64,000 nt of DNA from Chrysemys picta bellii (lineage: Eukaryota). Numbering within the stretch: position 1 is the stretch's first letter; every line of letters starts with the position of its first letter. This document shows, piece after piece, positions 37,419 to 49,603 of the stretch. The notes under the pieces are model-generated. The model ran no database searches. It had not been told where the DNA came from and saw nothing but the letters and a program-made list of their open reading frames with translations. Where the stretch lies: positions 10,540,001-10,604,000 of the forward strand of contig NC_088801.1 in the NCBI RefSeq assembly GCF_011386835.1, in the 5' to 3' direction. A program made the translations under genes and the position numbers.

Positions 37419-38074
37419 AGGCTATGATTTAATCACGGGTATTTTTAGTAAAAGTCATAGACAGATCACGGGCAAGAAACAAAAATCATGGCCCATGACC
37501 TGTACCATAAATGTTCCTGACTGAACCGGGGGGGGCGGCGCCGGAGCCCTCAGCACCAGCTGCTGCGGGGGAGGGAGCCTCAGGGGCCCATGGCACCAGC
37601 TGTGGGGGAGGGGGGAGCTGGGGTGAGAGCCCCGGGGGCCAGCAGCCACTCCTGCCGCTGCCGGGGAGGGGGCGTTGAGCCCTGGGGCCTGCCACTGCTC
37701 CAGCCGTCCCGGGACTGCTGCTGGGAGCCACTGAGCTGCAGCTGCTCTAGCCACCCCTGGGACTGCTGCTCGGGCGGTCCCTGGGGCCAGCTGCACTGGC
37801 TGCTGCTCGGGCGGTCCCAGGGGCCGGCTGCACTGGCTGCTGCTCGGGCGGTCCCAGGGGCCGGCTGCACTGGCTGCTGCTCGGGCGGTCCCAGGGGCCG
37901 GCTGCACTGGCTGAAGAGACCCTCCAATGGCAGCCCGTGTGGCTGTCCCAAGGGCCACCTGAGTAGCTGGCTCTGGGGCCAGCTGCTTGGGTGGCCTGGG
38001 GTCAGCCACACTGGCCGCTGCAGAAGTCGCGGAATCTGTGCCTTCCGTGACCCCCGTGACAACCACAGAGCCCT
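37419..38074. mobile_element. Non-autonomous DNA transposon (MITE) with GC-rich interior
   Basis: Ends aggctatgatttaatcacgg / ccgtgacaaccacagagccct, subterminal cacgg/ccgtg repeats. Confidence 0.6.
37763..37913. repeat. 37-bp minisatellite, 4 tandem copies
   Basis: Unit ctgctgctcgggcggtcccaggggccggctgcactgg; copies 2-4 identical, copy 1 has two differences. Confidence 0.95.
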
Positions 38075-41000
38075 AATCACTGCCCACCATTGATAATCCA
38101 TCAGCCAATTTTCAGGCTCAGTGGCAGCCCTCAAATCCAAGCCAATCTGAATCCATTTGCCAGATCAGGTTTCGTACAACCCTGTACCAAATGCTTTACT
38201 AAAGTATATGGGTGAGTGGAGCTACACTGATTTACAACAGACGGGGATCCAGCCCTAGATGTCTGACATCAGCGTTCCCGTCATCCTCTAGCCTCGGAAG
38301 CCAAAGAAGCGATCATGTTTGATTTCTCTCGGTGTGCAGAGGGGGTCCTAGTTCAGCTGCCATTACCACCCAAGTACCGTTCACTTCAAAGTATGTGATA
38401 CTGCAGCTCAAAAATTAATTCAGGTCACCCTGCATATAACGATGACACAAACTGGCTTCAATGAATTTGCATGGGTATAACTGAAAGCACAATATGGCCC
38501 ATTCCAGTCATTGCTCCTGGTTTCATTCTCCACTGTGGCTCCAATTCAGCCAAGCATTCAAGTCCTAATGGGGATGGATTGAAGTTAAGGATGTGCTTAA
38601 ATACTCTTTGGAATAGGAGCCTATGTGCCTCCAGATATCTCCTCTTTGCACCAAATCTAGCTCTTACTCACGTGGAATTAATGCGGCTACTCCTGTGACG
38701 GATGTGACCCAGATTTGATGGTTCAATAGCTATTCAATTAGTTAAGTAGGGACTGGAGCTCTCTCTTCCCCTGTATTTAATACTTGGTACTATATATTTG
38801 CATTTCACAGCACTGGGGTATTGCCTCACTTTTCATGAATTTCATAAATCAATACTAGTAATTGGGGCTGTTCATTAGCTAATTCTCGCAGACTCCAGGA
38901 TACAGTCCATCCAGACCTCTTGATACAGAGTCAGTTTTCCCCTTTATTCCCATACTTAGTGCTAGGTCCTGGGATCCCGTGAGGCCGATCAGGCAAAGCA
39001 ACTTTAGAGATGTCTTAATGAGGATTCCCCTTGTATACAAGCATCTGAGGGAGTGGTGGAGCCAGCCTTGTTAACTCAATGCCAAACCCACCCTGTATAG
39101 GGGATGTGACTGCTGGAGCAACCAAGGCATCTTAGAGCAGCACTGAGACTGCTCCTCTGGACTGCCCGGCTCCCTGGCAGCCTGAGTGTCAGGAAGACAC
39201 AAAGTTGGCACATTGGCCGGGTCCCTTCCTCAAGCTACTCCAAGGGGCCAAACAACTGTCCCCTAATTCTTAGACTTGATAGTTCATTATTTCCTAATGA
39301 CCAGACTCGCTCTCTTTATGATTCCAGTTAAAGAAGCCATTGAGTAGCTCAACTATTCTAGATTCCTAATTAATTTAGTCTCCTTCCAAATGTATCACTG
39401 GCCTTATACTTTCTCTGGTATTTATTGTTCCCCTCATATATTTCTAAAGCCCCTCTTAATTTCTTTGCTTAGCATTCTGCTGGTTTGGTTCCCTTCCCTC
39501 TTACACAAAGCTTTAACTAATTCTGGCTCTATTATTATTAGTCCATGGCCACTCAGGACTTCACAGGTTTCTCTATGCCGCATACCATTGCCACTCCGGG
39601 CTTCATGGAAGCAGTGGAGGGAAGAATACACATTTTCCTTCTCCAGTATCACAGTCCCATGCCCCCGAGCCAAGGGAAAATCACCATTAGCTGTTAGCAG
39701 TAAAGGGCCTAGGACATAACCGAGCAGCCCTGTTCTGGCCCAGAGGGCAGTGGTATAAATACACAGTAGCCAGTTAACTGCCATATTGTTGAATTCCCTC
39801 AGGAATCCACATTTCTTCTTTCTTGAATTCTGTTTTTTTCAGTGTGGGGGACAAATAAATATCATGCCAACGATGGCAAGCCTGGCATTTGCAATGACTC
39901 GATGGGGTTCTCAGCTCACAGAGTAGGGGACAACAGCAAAGATCCTGCTCACATGCATATCACCCTCCGGATGGGGGACAGAGTTGAGTAATCATTAAAT
40001 ACGTGGCAGGACAAGAATGAAGCATCTACATCCACAGGGAGGTGGTTCTCAAGATGACTTAAAATCAAAGAAGTAGTGAAAACCGGATCGAGAGAATTGA
40101 ACAGAAGCTCTCTTGACAATTACCGATGTGCTAATTTGGATTCCTGCCACACAGCACGCAGCCACAGCCCTGCGAAGCAATGAAGCGCCCGCCTTAAAAA
40201 CGGTTAGAGTGGAAACCAGATTGGACTACAGCAGCAGTGAGCGCTGTTTAACATTCCAAGGGGGAGCCCTATCAGGGACAACCAGAGAGATGAGACATTC
40301 CAGCTCTAACTGGCAGTTTTCACCGATCTTAAACAATTCGTCTATAGATCAGAGGCATATGTGAAAACTAGAAGGCAGCTTTCCCCCCTCCCAGCCCCCG
40401 TCCTCCAGGACGCTGCTGTCATGGGGTAATGACCCCTCTGCTAGATGCAGATCACTCCGTGGGCAGAATAATCACATAATAGCCACACATCCAGGCATGC
40501 CTGACTGCTCAGTTTGACTTGACCCAATTAAATAAAAGGGTGGGGGGAGACAGACACTAATAGATTTCATCTGAGTTGCATGGCTTAATCCTTTTTTCCC
40601 CCCCAACAGGAGCTCTCTTACTTTCCTTTCCTAGCAGGACTTATGTAAATCTAGACTCCCCTGAAGTGATATTTGCAACTGCTGGATCATACAATGAAGA
40701 GCACAATACTCCATTGCCAATACAGCCACCAGGCCCTACCATTCTTTTTCAAATAAGACTATACTCGTAACATATGTAATGTGCCATTCAAACAGTTTAT
40801 TTCCCCTGAGCAAAGTGGCATTTGTCTTTATTAAGCATGAAATTCACCTAAAATAGATTTTATGTTTCAATCGGATTTACTGTTGTTTTTATTTGTTGTT
40901 GTTTCATCTGATTGCATCAGCTAAATCTCTCTTGAAAAAGCCACATAGGAAAGGCAGATGCTAAAGGGAAATTGTTGAGAACTTTCTTGACTGAGTTGTG

Positions 41001-42339
41001 TTTCATTAGCTGTTGACTAATGTCTGAACTGTACAGCCCAATTCCTGGGACTTGAATGATGCATAATGAAAGGGTCATTGAAACAAAAGGAATTAGTATA
41101 TCACAATGACATCACGGTCTGTGCTGTGACCACATAGGAATAAGTGGGTTAGCTAAGTGTAGTTGAAGTAGCAACACATCAAATTAGGAGATAGGAGACG
41201 GAGTCCTAGATTTTCCAAGGGTGAGAGAAGCAAATATCCTCATAAATTAAGAATGCCTTAGGCAAAACTTACCTCTGGGGGACCCAAAGTAGCTAAAACT
41301 TTAACCCCAGCTGCTTCTCGGCTTTAAAAAAGATGCAATTTTCAGTAGCGGTAAAAACAATTATACCCGAAAGAAACAGATTTTTAAAATCAAACCAATA
41401 TCCAAAGTCTGCTTCAAGCTTTATTTGTCACCACACAGTTGGAAGCTGCACCAATCTTTAAGACTGATAATTCGTTCAGAATATTTATTCTTCAGCAAGG
41501 CAGAAACTCTCCCGTGCGATCCCCATATTGATCTTTTGTTGCTATAAAATATTTTGCAATTGTCTGACATCCCTTGCAGAGGGTGCCTGCTCCACATGGG
41601 TCTTTGGCTCTCAGTGGGACTATTCTCACTTTGTTGAAAGGCGTTTAATTTCGATTGTTTGATTTATATAGCTCCCATGGGAATTAATGAATATATTTTT
41701 CCATTTATGAATATTTTCTAATAGCTGTATTTTCATTCAGAGATATAACTTTGTTTGGGCAGGTGTGATATTCGCAGACTTACCCAAGTTAGTTTGTAGT
41801 GGCCTGATGTCTTCCTATAAACTCCAGGCACTAGGAAATATATCAAACATTTACAAGTTTCTTCACAGCCCAATCCTGAAATCCTCACTCAGTTTTCACT
41901 CTATCCTCTCATATAAAGCTCTCGTTGGAGCAGATGGCAATTTTGCTTAAGCAACAACTTTTCCCGTGGTTTACAAGGGATGGCAGTGGGGGTGACAGAG
42001 ACAGGATGTGGAGTAGAGGAACTGGAAGCTTTGATCATTTGTCTGAGGCATCTCTACAGAGAGAGAAGTTTGATTTTATAAAATATATGGATAGGTCTTC
42101 AAAATAAAGCTACAAGCTACATTAAAAAAAGATACGTCAATACAAGCACAGCTGGGAAGAAACTCTATATAGTTGTCATCACACCCAACCTTGAAAACAG
42201 GCAATTCTCCTTAATTGATATGACCCTGATCCAAAGTCCACTGAAGTTAATGGAAGCCTTTCCACGGACTTCAATGGGATTTGGTTTTGGCCCTATGTCC
42301 AGGTGCCTTTCCCAGACTATTCTAAAACTCAGTCCATAC

Positions 42340-42720
42340 GCTTTGTAGAGTCAACACTTAGCCCGCTTTATTAACAAAGAATTTAACAATAAGAGAAAGT
42401 TCAGTTTGAGCCTTGTCTCCAGGCATGGCTGCTCTAAGGCTCCTATCTCAGAACAGCTCAGCCCTGACCCTGGGTCCTCCTTGCTTTTCAATCCAAGATT
42501 CCTCCCCCCTTATATCAAGTGCAGAGCTAACTAGCCACTTGGAAAGCGTGGGCTGCTGGGCAATTCCCAGAAGGAACAAAACCTGCTAAGAATGCCAGTT
42601 TTGCTCTTCCCTATTATCATCAGTTATTAACTAATCAGCCTGACAGTACTGGGGATGTCCTGGGAGGTTCTGTAACCCATTCTGCCATGATGCCCAGTTC
42701 AAAGAGCTGCTAATTCTTAT
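42340..42720 (-). mobile_element. Possible degraded LTR
   Basis: Minus strand has a TATA-like tataagggggagg followed by aataaagcgggc. Confidence 0.3.
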
Positions 42721-44099
42721 TTTATCGTGCCCTTGTACTGCATAGTGCTTGATATTGTCAAAGCCCTGTATGAATTTAACTAATGAATGAAACGTGAACT
42801 ACTTACTAGATGACCCCAAAAGTCTCTCCCTACAATTTATGAATAAGAACTGAAAATCTACGTATTCCTGATGAAAGCATATGTATGAAATCTTTTAAAA
42901 TGTCACAGCAAAAATATCTAATAATAGAATCCACCAAGTCTGACAAAGCAAGATAGAAATTCAAAAGAAGCCAGGAAAATAAAACATTCTTGTACAAAAC
43001 CCTATCCTGGCAAGTTATCAACTAAATAATCAATAGGTCACTGTCATCTATGGTATTTACATCTGATCTGCATTAATATGTTGCTGTACTTGAGTGTCCC
43101 AACAAGGCTGGTAAGATTGCCTTCATTAAATCTACCTTAATGTAAAATTCACCTCGATTTACAATTCCGCATTCAGCACTGTACATTTGAGTGTAATGCT
43201 CTCAAACTTTCGGTTGTGTTCCCCTGCTGATTGGGCAACAGAGATATTTCAAGATGAATACGAAATAAAGAAGGTTGCAGAAGTCTTAGTAGTATCAAAA
43301 GAATAGAGAAAATAATAGAGCTGTGCATTAGCTCAGCCTTGTGTTACCATCCAGTCAATGTGCGTTATCGGTTTCTTTTACTGCAAAGTAGCCGACTGAC
43401 CATATATTTCCTTAAGCTCAGGTTTTATTAACCTATACATACGCACATACATACATACTGTGTCCGTGTGCATTATTCTGACCCAGAAAATCAATTGGAA
43501 TTTAAACATTTAGAATACAGACAGGCCCAAGCCAAAATTCCAGAGCACTTCCCATTTTTAAGAAGGTGAATTTTAGCCCCCGTGAATTTAGAACGACAAT
43601 AAGGTCCATGTTACTGTATAGAGCTCAGTAGGATAACACTAAAACCATGGACCCTTCTTTAACTGATGAGAATTCTATCTAACATATTTTTAAACTTAAA
43701 AAACCATTAAGAACATTTTTAAGTTTCCCCTTTTTAAAAACCAGAGCAGGACAGAATCTCTCCCATCAAAACAAACACCTACTACAGATCAGTTTAGGCA
43801 GGCACAAAACATAAGCAGTGAAAAAATCCCTCAAAATGCCTGCTGAAGTATGTCAGCTACTCCCAAATACAAAACTAATAATACCCCTGTGCCTTATGTT
43901 CCACACACACATGCAACCTCTCTTCAACTGCACTAACACTACATTATTTAGAGAACAATGAGAAGTGACTCAACTGAAGTGTAAGTCTAAGGTTGTTGGA
44001 CAGACTAAAGTAGGGGTTTAAGGTAAGAGGAACTCTATGCAAGCAGATTTTAAGGGGACATGATTTTACAGAGGGAGTGAGAAGGGATTTCATTTAAAT

Positions 44100-45200
44100 C
44101 AACTGCCTTCACCAACCTGGACGTCCATGCCACTCATTCCCCACTGCCTCTGTAAAATAAGATCTCTTTAAATTCTACTTAATATACAAGTCCCTTTTAC
44201 TCTGAACTCTTAGTTCTTGGCTGTCCAATGATCTTCGATTTACATACTTCAGTTGTGTCACTTCTTAATGGTCTCTAAATAACCCCCATCTTGTCCATCA
44301 CTTCTTATATGCGAGTCCCTCCTTTCCGTTAACCACCTTCACTGCCCTACCTTGCACTGTCTCCAATTAGCTAAACCTTCCTTCAAATCAAGTAATCTAA
44401 ACTGGACACCCAGAATGTGATCTAACTAATGCTAAGAATTCCTACCTAATATATATACACCCCGCCCTCCCTTCAGAGAATCCAACATCCTATCAGCTTT
44501 TACTGTAGCTGCACACAAGAGCAAATATTCAGATATTCGGCCTGTCAAAAACCCCAGGTCCTTTTCTGATACTGTATTAACTAAACCATTGCCATTTTAA
44601 ACTGTGCTTCACTTGAATATTATCAACTTTATACAGACACATTCCATTCCATAAGTCATTTGCCCAGTCAATCAATATTAGTCTGTAATCAGCTGTATCC
44701 ATCTGAATCTTAGCCACTCCCACTACTTCACAGCAACGTTTGCATCATTATCAAAATATTAATATAGTGCCCTGCAAGTATCCGTTCCTTGGCCACTTAC
44801 AAAAAGAATATCCCCCTTTCACTCCAGCCCTCTGCATGCTGCTCATGAAACAAGAGAACAGTCTTGCAAAACTCTACTCACACGAGCAGGCCTTACTCAC
44901 TGCTGCAGGCCTACCAGGACTAGTCATATAACTGAAAGGTTTACTCCTGTGGTTTCGGAGCTTTCAGGATCTGGCCTCAATCCTTTACCCATCTTCATAA
45001 TTTATTATTTACCCAGTATTCTGAGAGTTTATAGGATAATCCATCCTGTGAAACTTTGTCAAGAGCTTTCTCAAAATCCAGATATTGTCTGCTGCTTCCC
45101 TTCTACCTAAATCAATATTTATTTAATTTAAAAAAAAGGAATCCAATTTGCGTGACATGATTTACCGTCCACAAATGCATGCTGACTCTCATTATTATGC
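44100..45200 (-). mobile_element. Old CR1/L3-type LINE fragment
   Basis: Reverse-strand CR1 ORF2 motifs (aactggacacccag, aaaaaccccaggtccttttc, ttgtcaagagctttctcaaaatccag). Confidence 0.7.
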
Positions 45201-46494
45201 TGCACCCTTATTAAACTGCATGCAACTGTATCCGTAAGCCACCAGGAAACGTATTTTTGAGATTGCATTTACAAACTTCACAATCCTGCAAGGTGCTAAA
45301 CAGCAGAGGAGAGGCCCGTAACACCCATCAGGAAGTACTCACCACCTCAATCAAGACCGCAGTTACCAGATGAGTCTGTAATTTTCAGACTCTTATAATA
45401 TTTCTTTGAAGTACCAGAACAATAGCCACTCTCTTCCAATTATCTGGTATAGCCACATTATCATCATTGTTGTTATTATTATTTGTGTCGTGCTAACACC
45501 CAAAGGCCTCAATCAGGATTGATGTCCTCTCGTGCGGGGCGCTGTGAAAACGTTTAGGTAGAAACGGTCCCTGCCATGAAGAGCTTACAATCTATGGCCC
45601 CGATCCTGCAATGAGCACCGTTCAAAGTCTATGGGTACAGGGGTCTGCCTGCATGGAGCTTATTGCAGGATCATGGCCTAAACAGGAAAGACAGACAGAC
45701 AACATACGCAAAGTGTCAGTGATACGTAACTGCTGGGGAGGAGCAGTTGTTTGTTGTTATAACTTCCAGATCATCCTCCCCACTGTGTTCCTCTGCCCCA
45801 AGACAGTCTGCTCCACTCAAAGTCCCTTCCTGCCACCTCAGCAGTCACCATTCACCTGCCTGATCCCTAATCTCATCTATTACCGGTAGACATCATCCTT
45901 TACTACCCCAATTTTACACAAATACATGTTTACCGTTGTTTCAGTATTCTCAGTCTTCTCCAACACATTGTCTCCTGCAACTCCTCCATGCATGTATTGC
46001 TAATGCTCTCCTTACGAAATACAGATGCCAAGGGAGCATGTTCTTCCTACCTCCTTAAGATCAGATTCCAACACTTCACACACTGAGTAGCCTCATTGAT
46101 TTCAAAGGAGCTACTCGCAGAGTAAGGAGTTACCCAACATAAATAAGGGTGGCAGAATTCGGTCCTTATTCTGTTGCCCCAGGAACGGCTTCACCGAGTC
46201 TCTCCTATTTTTCATTCCCTCAGTGTATTTAAAGAATCTCATCCTGTTTATCTAAATATCACCACTAGCTATTTGTACTTTAAGATTTCCATTTTTCTCT
46301 CCATTCCTTCTGCTTCTTTTTATCAAGCCCTAACAATGCTGTCGGGTTATCCTCTTTCTGATTCTTTTATGTACATATATACATTTTATCTATGTATCAC
46401 ACGCACACACATTTATAATTAAAACCATAGCATAAATATATACGTAGGCAGCTGTTATCAATTTGCCAGTGGTGTTTCTGGTAAAGTATCCTAC

Positions 46495-46700
46495 CTTGAA
46501 TTCCATGGGCGTGTACTTTTCATTCTTGGGGGTTGTGTTGCCTTTGTAATGGAGATGGTTGGGAGTGGTTGGGTGGATAATAGTCGATTCCTGGGACTGC
46601 CGCTGACAGCGCTGACAGTACACATAGATCACAAACGTTAAGAGACTGGAACCAAAGAAGCAGGAGACCCCGGTGGCAATCAGATGGATGAGACTAAACC
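46495..46700 (-). CDS. SEMA5B: SEMA5B exon: transmembrane helix and juxtamembrane region
   Basis: ttgcag|GG FSLIHLIATGVSCFFGSSLLTFVIYVYCQRCQRQSQESTIIHPTTPNHLHYKGNTTPKNEKYTPMEFK|gtag. Confidence 0.96.
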
Positions 46701-47169
46701 CTGCAAGCAAAACAACAAGTGACGCTCCTTTCAAAGAGCAGCCTTCTTCCTCTCTGGACAAGAGCACAGATACAAATCAGAGCTACATCATCTCGGATTC
46801 CATGGGGATAAGTTGCTGAATTGAATGGGTCCATACATTGTTTTCTCAAAGCTCTTTCCCTGTCTCCCCATTCTCTCTCCCTCTATTGATACTGAAACTA
46901 AACATTCTGTTAAGCTGACAGCAAAAGAAACGAGGCATACAGACAATACACGTTCGTGGATTCCGAAGCACGAGCATGTCATGGAAATAGGGGGCTACAA
47001 AAACTCAGTGTTTTATCCAATGGAAAATAAAAGCCCTCTTTGTTGGCGACCCAAAAATATCCAGTGGGGGAGGCGTATGGGTGGAAGCAGCATGACACAT
47101 TCCTCCTTTATGTAATCCCCACAGATACGTCGACAATGCAAAAAAACACAAACAAAAAAACAAAAACCC

Positions 47170-47400
47170 ATGGCAGCAAGTCTCAGAGCCTGGGCCAACT
47201 GACTCAGCCACGTGGGGCTCCCACTATGGGGCTAAAGAATAGTCGTGTAGACGTTCCTGCTTGGGCTGGGGTCCAGGCTCTGAGACCCACCACCCACCCC
47301 ACCGGGAACGTCTACACTGCTATTTTTTAGCCCGGAAGCTTGAGCCCCACGGGCCTGAGTCAGTTGATTCAGGCCGAGACTCACAGCTCCAGGACTTTTT
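47170..47400. mobile_element. Palindromic Harbinger-like MITE remnant
   Basis: Internal inverted symmetry (gtgtagacgttcc ... ggaacgtctacac; ctgactcagcc ... cctgagtcag). Confidence 0.5.
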
Positions 47401-48203
47401 TGCAGTGTCCACGTATCCCAAGTGTGCTCAGCCATCTTGTTTGTTGATTTGGCAATTAGTCTCCCCCCACTATCTATGAGGTGTATTAGCAACAGTAAAG
47501 AGTGTGCTGGTAGGTGCACAGGAGGGGCCAGTGAAAGGGGGGGAAATGAGACGGAAACAAAATGGGCAGTGGGGAGAAAAGAAAATACCAAGGAAACTGC
47601 CTGAAATATTCTTTGATCAAACTTCTCCATGAGCTGCCCAGACAGAATTCCAGGCAGGCCCTGGCGAGGCAGCTATAGTACAAAGATGTCGAAGAGCAGA
47701 GCTCTTAACCTCAGGTTTCAAACACTTCCAACACAGCATGTTATCTCCTGGAAGAAGATGCATATCTACAGGCAGGAGAAACCACAGGTGCTGGGAGAGG
47801 TAAATGGAGGAAGTCAAATAAACGCTAGGAGAGAGTCATCCTTCATGTTCTTCATTCCAGATTCACCCCAGAGAACCTTTACATGGTCAGGGTATAACCA
47901 AACGGCCAACAGCTCTCCACCTTACACAAGAGGAACAGCCCTGACTGGAGTCCATGGCACAACCAGCACTAGCAGATGTAGGAGCGGGGACTGGAAGAGT
48001 CTTGCGCAGCACCCAGATGTGATCTGTTTAGTGTCCATCTTCAATCTGAGGCTGCTGCTTTCCAGTCGAAAGAGTGGAGCGATTTGAGGAGAATCAGCAG
48101 CGTTAGCCCAAATGTACATTTCTACTGACATTGGTCTGCTACACAATCTTTCCAGGAAGGACGACGTGGGCCACAAAAGTTGAGAGGAACCACTGCACTA
48201 CTG

Positions 48204-48333
48204 TCAAGTATCAGGGGGTAGCCGTGTTAGTCTGTATCTACAAAAACAACAAAGAGTCTGGTGGCACCTTAAAGACTAACAGATTTATTTGGGCATAAGC
48301 TTTCGTGAGTAAAAACCTCACTTCTTCGGATGC
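48204..48333 (-). mobile_element. Penelope-like terminal-repeat fragment (130 bp) with 13-bp TSD
   Basis: tcaagtatcagggggtagccgtg...cacttcttcggatgc; TSD cactgcactactg at 48191-48203 and 48333-48345. Confidence 0.88.
48293..48333 (-). ncRNA. Minimal hammerhead ribozyme motif (U4C core variant)
   Basis: Minus strand GCAU-CCGAAGA-A-GUGAG(GUUUUUA)CUCAC-GAAA-GC-UU-AUGC. Confidence 0.65.
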
Positions 48334-49603
48334 ACTGCACTACTGAACATCAACATGCTCACCGCTGAGTGCAACCACTTATGTTCAGAGACTAGCTACC
48401 AGAATCTATGGGAGTAACTATGACTCTATGACTGACTCTCTTCAAGTGTTCTACTTGGGGGGATCGGGCTCTTGAGGCATGAAGAAGCAGCTTCGTTGAG
48501 GAGGCGGGGGTTGACTCCTCCCAAGCGGCCGGCGCTCCAGCTGGATAAGGAGGTTGCACCTCTCCTCTTGAGGTTTGCTGATTCTCTCACTAATCTGAAC
48601 CTTTTAGGGGGAAAAGACATGGTTCACCGCTGATCCTCCTAAACAGATCTAGTTACCGGGGCAGCAACAATAGATCCTTAACCTTCCCGCGGTGCCTGCC
48701 GGATGCCACTTATATGGTGGTGACCAAGAGGATCTGCTGCCCTGCCCCACAGCGTGACTTGGGCTGAAAAACACCCTGTGGGAGAACACTTTTGTTTGAA
48801 AAACAAATATGAATTAGCCGAGCCTTATGGTTTGCAGCAAATTGCCCTTTTTTGCGTAGAGAATGGCGGGGTTCTCTTGAAATTTTACATCTACGGCGAC
48901 TTAAGTCACTACTGGACTGGAGGTGGCAGGCGCTCTTCGAATGTAAAGGACTGGAAACCGGGACCCTCCAGACCTTGAAAAGATCAGCCTTAGTCTTCGG
49001 ACACTGCTGCCTAAGAAGGTTCAAATGAACACCGTTCCATGAGGTTCTTTCCCTCATGCGATGTCTTTCTCCATTTTCCCACTGTTCTTATCCAAGCTAT
49101 CTACCTTGCCTCCTTCATGGGATTCCCGTAATGATTATATTAATCATGCTTGCTGTCACCAGATTTGACGTATGTATTGGATGGGCCATCTGTGAGTGTA
49201 TTGCATGCTCCAAATAACCCAAAAGAGAACCTGCATGGGTTTGACAAATAGCCCAGGAAAGCCAAAGTATTCATCTGCAGAGGCTGCGGTCTCAACTTTA
49301 CTGTGTGTGGCATAAGTGACTGTCAGGCAGAGAACGCTAAAATGATGCTTATTCTTGGTCTGCTCAAGATACAGATGTGCCTATTTCTGCCTGTCAGAGG
49401 TTGGTGACATTTTACTTTTTGATGGACATGCTTTTCAAATAGAGAATTTCACCCACTAATTTTACTATTTTGCTCTAATCTTTATTTAAAAAAAAAATCC
49501 TATAGAAATAGAGTTTAACTGGGAGTTTGATAGGGTTCTATAGAGACTTAATAGGGTTTTATAGTAATTACATGAAGGAATGTACAGAATTGAGTAGACC
49601 CAT

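Noticed and set aside
37763-37913. 37-bp repeats as a CRISPR array
   Set aside because: Units are directly adjacent with no spacers, and the context is a vertebrate intron
37455-38140. Long ORFs of 167-203 aa on both strands
   Set aside because: Stop-poor GC-rich MITE and minisatellite sequence; low-complexity translations
39240-39784. 116-aa ORF at 39434-39784
   Set aside because: No recognised protein; the distal part looks like decayed CR1 3' sequence, too degraded to call firmly
46701-46767. N-terminal extension of the 125-aa ORF over the SEMA5B TM exon
   Set aside because: Intronic read-through upstream of the ttgcag acceptor
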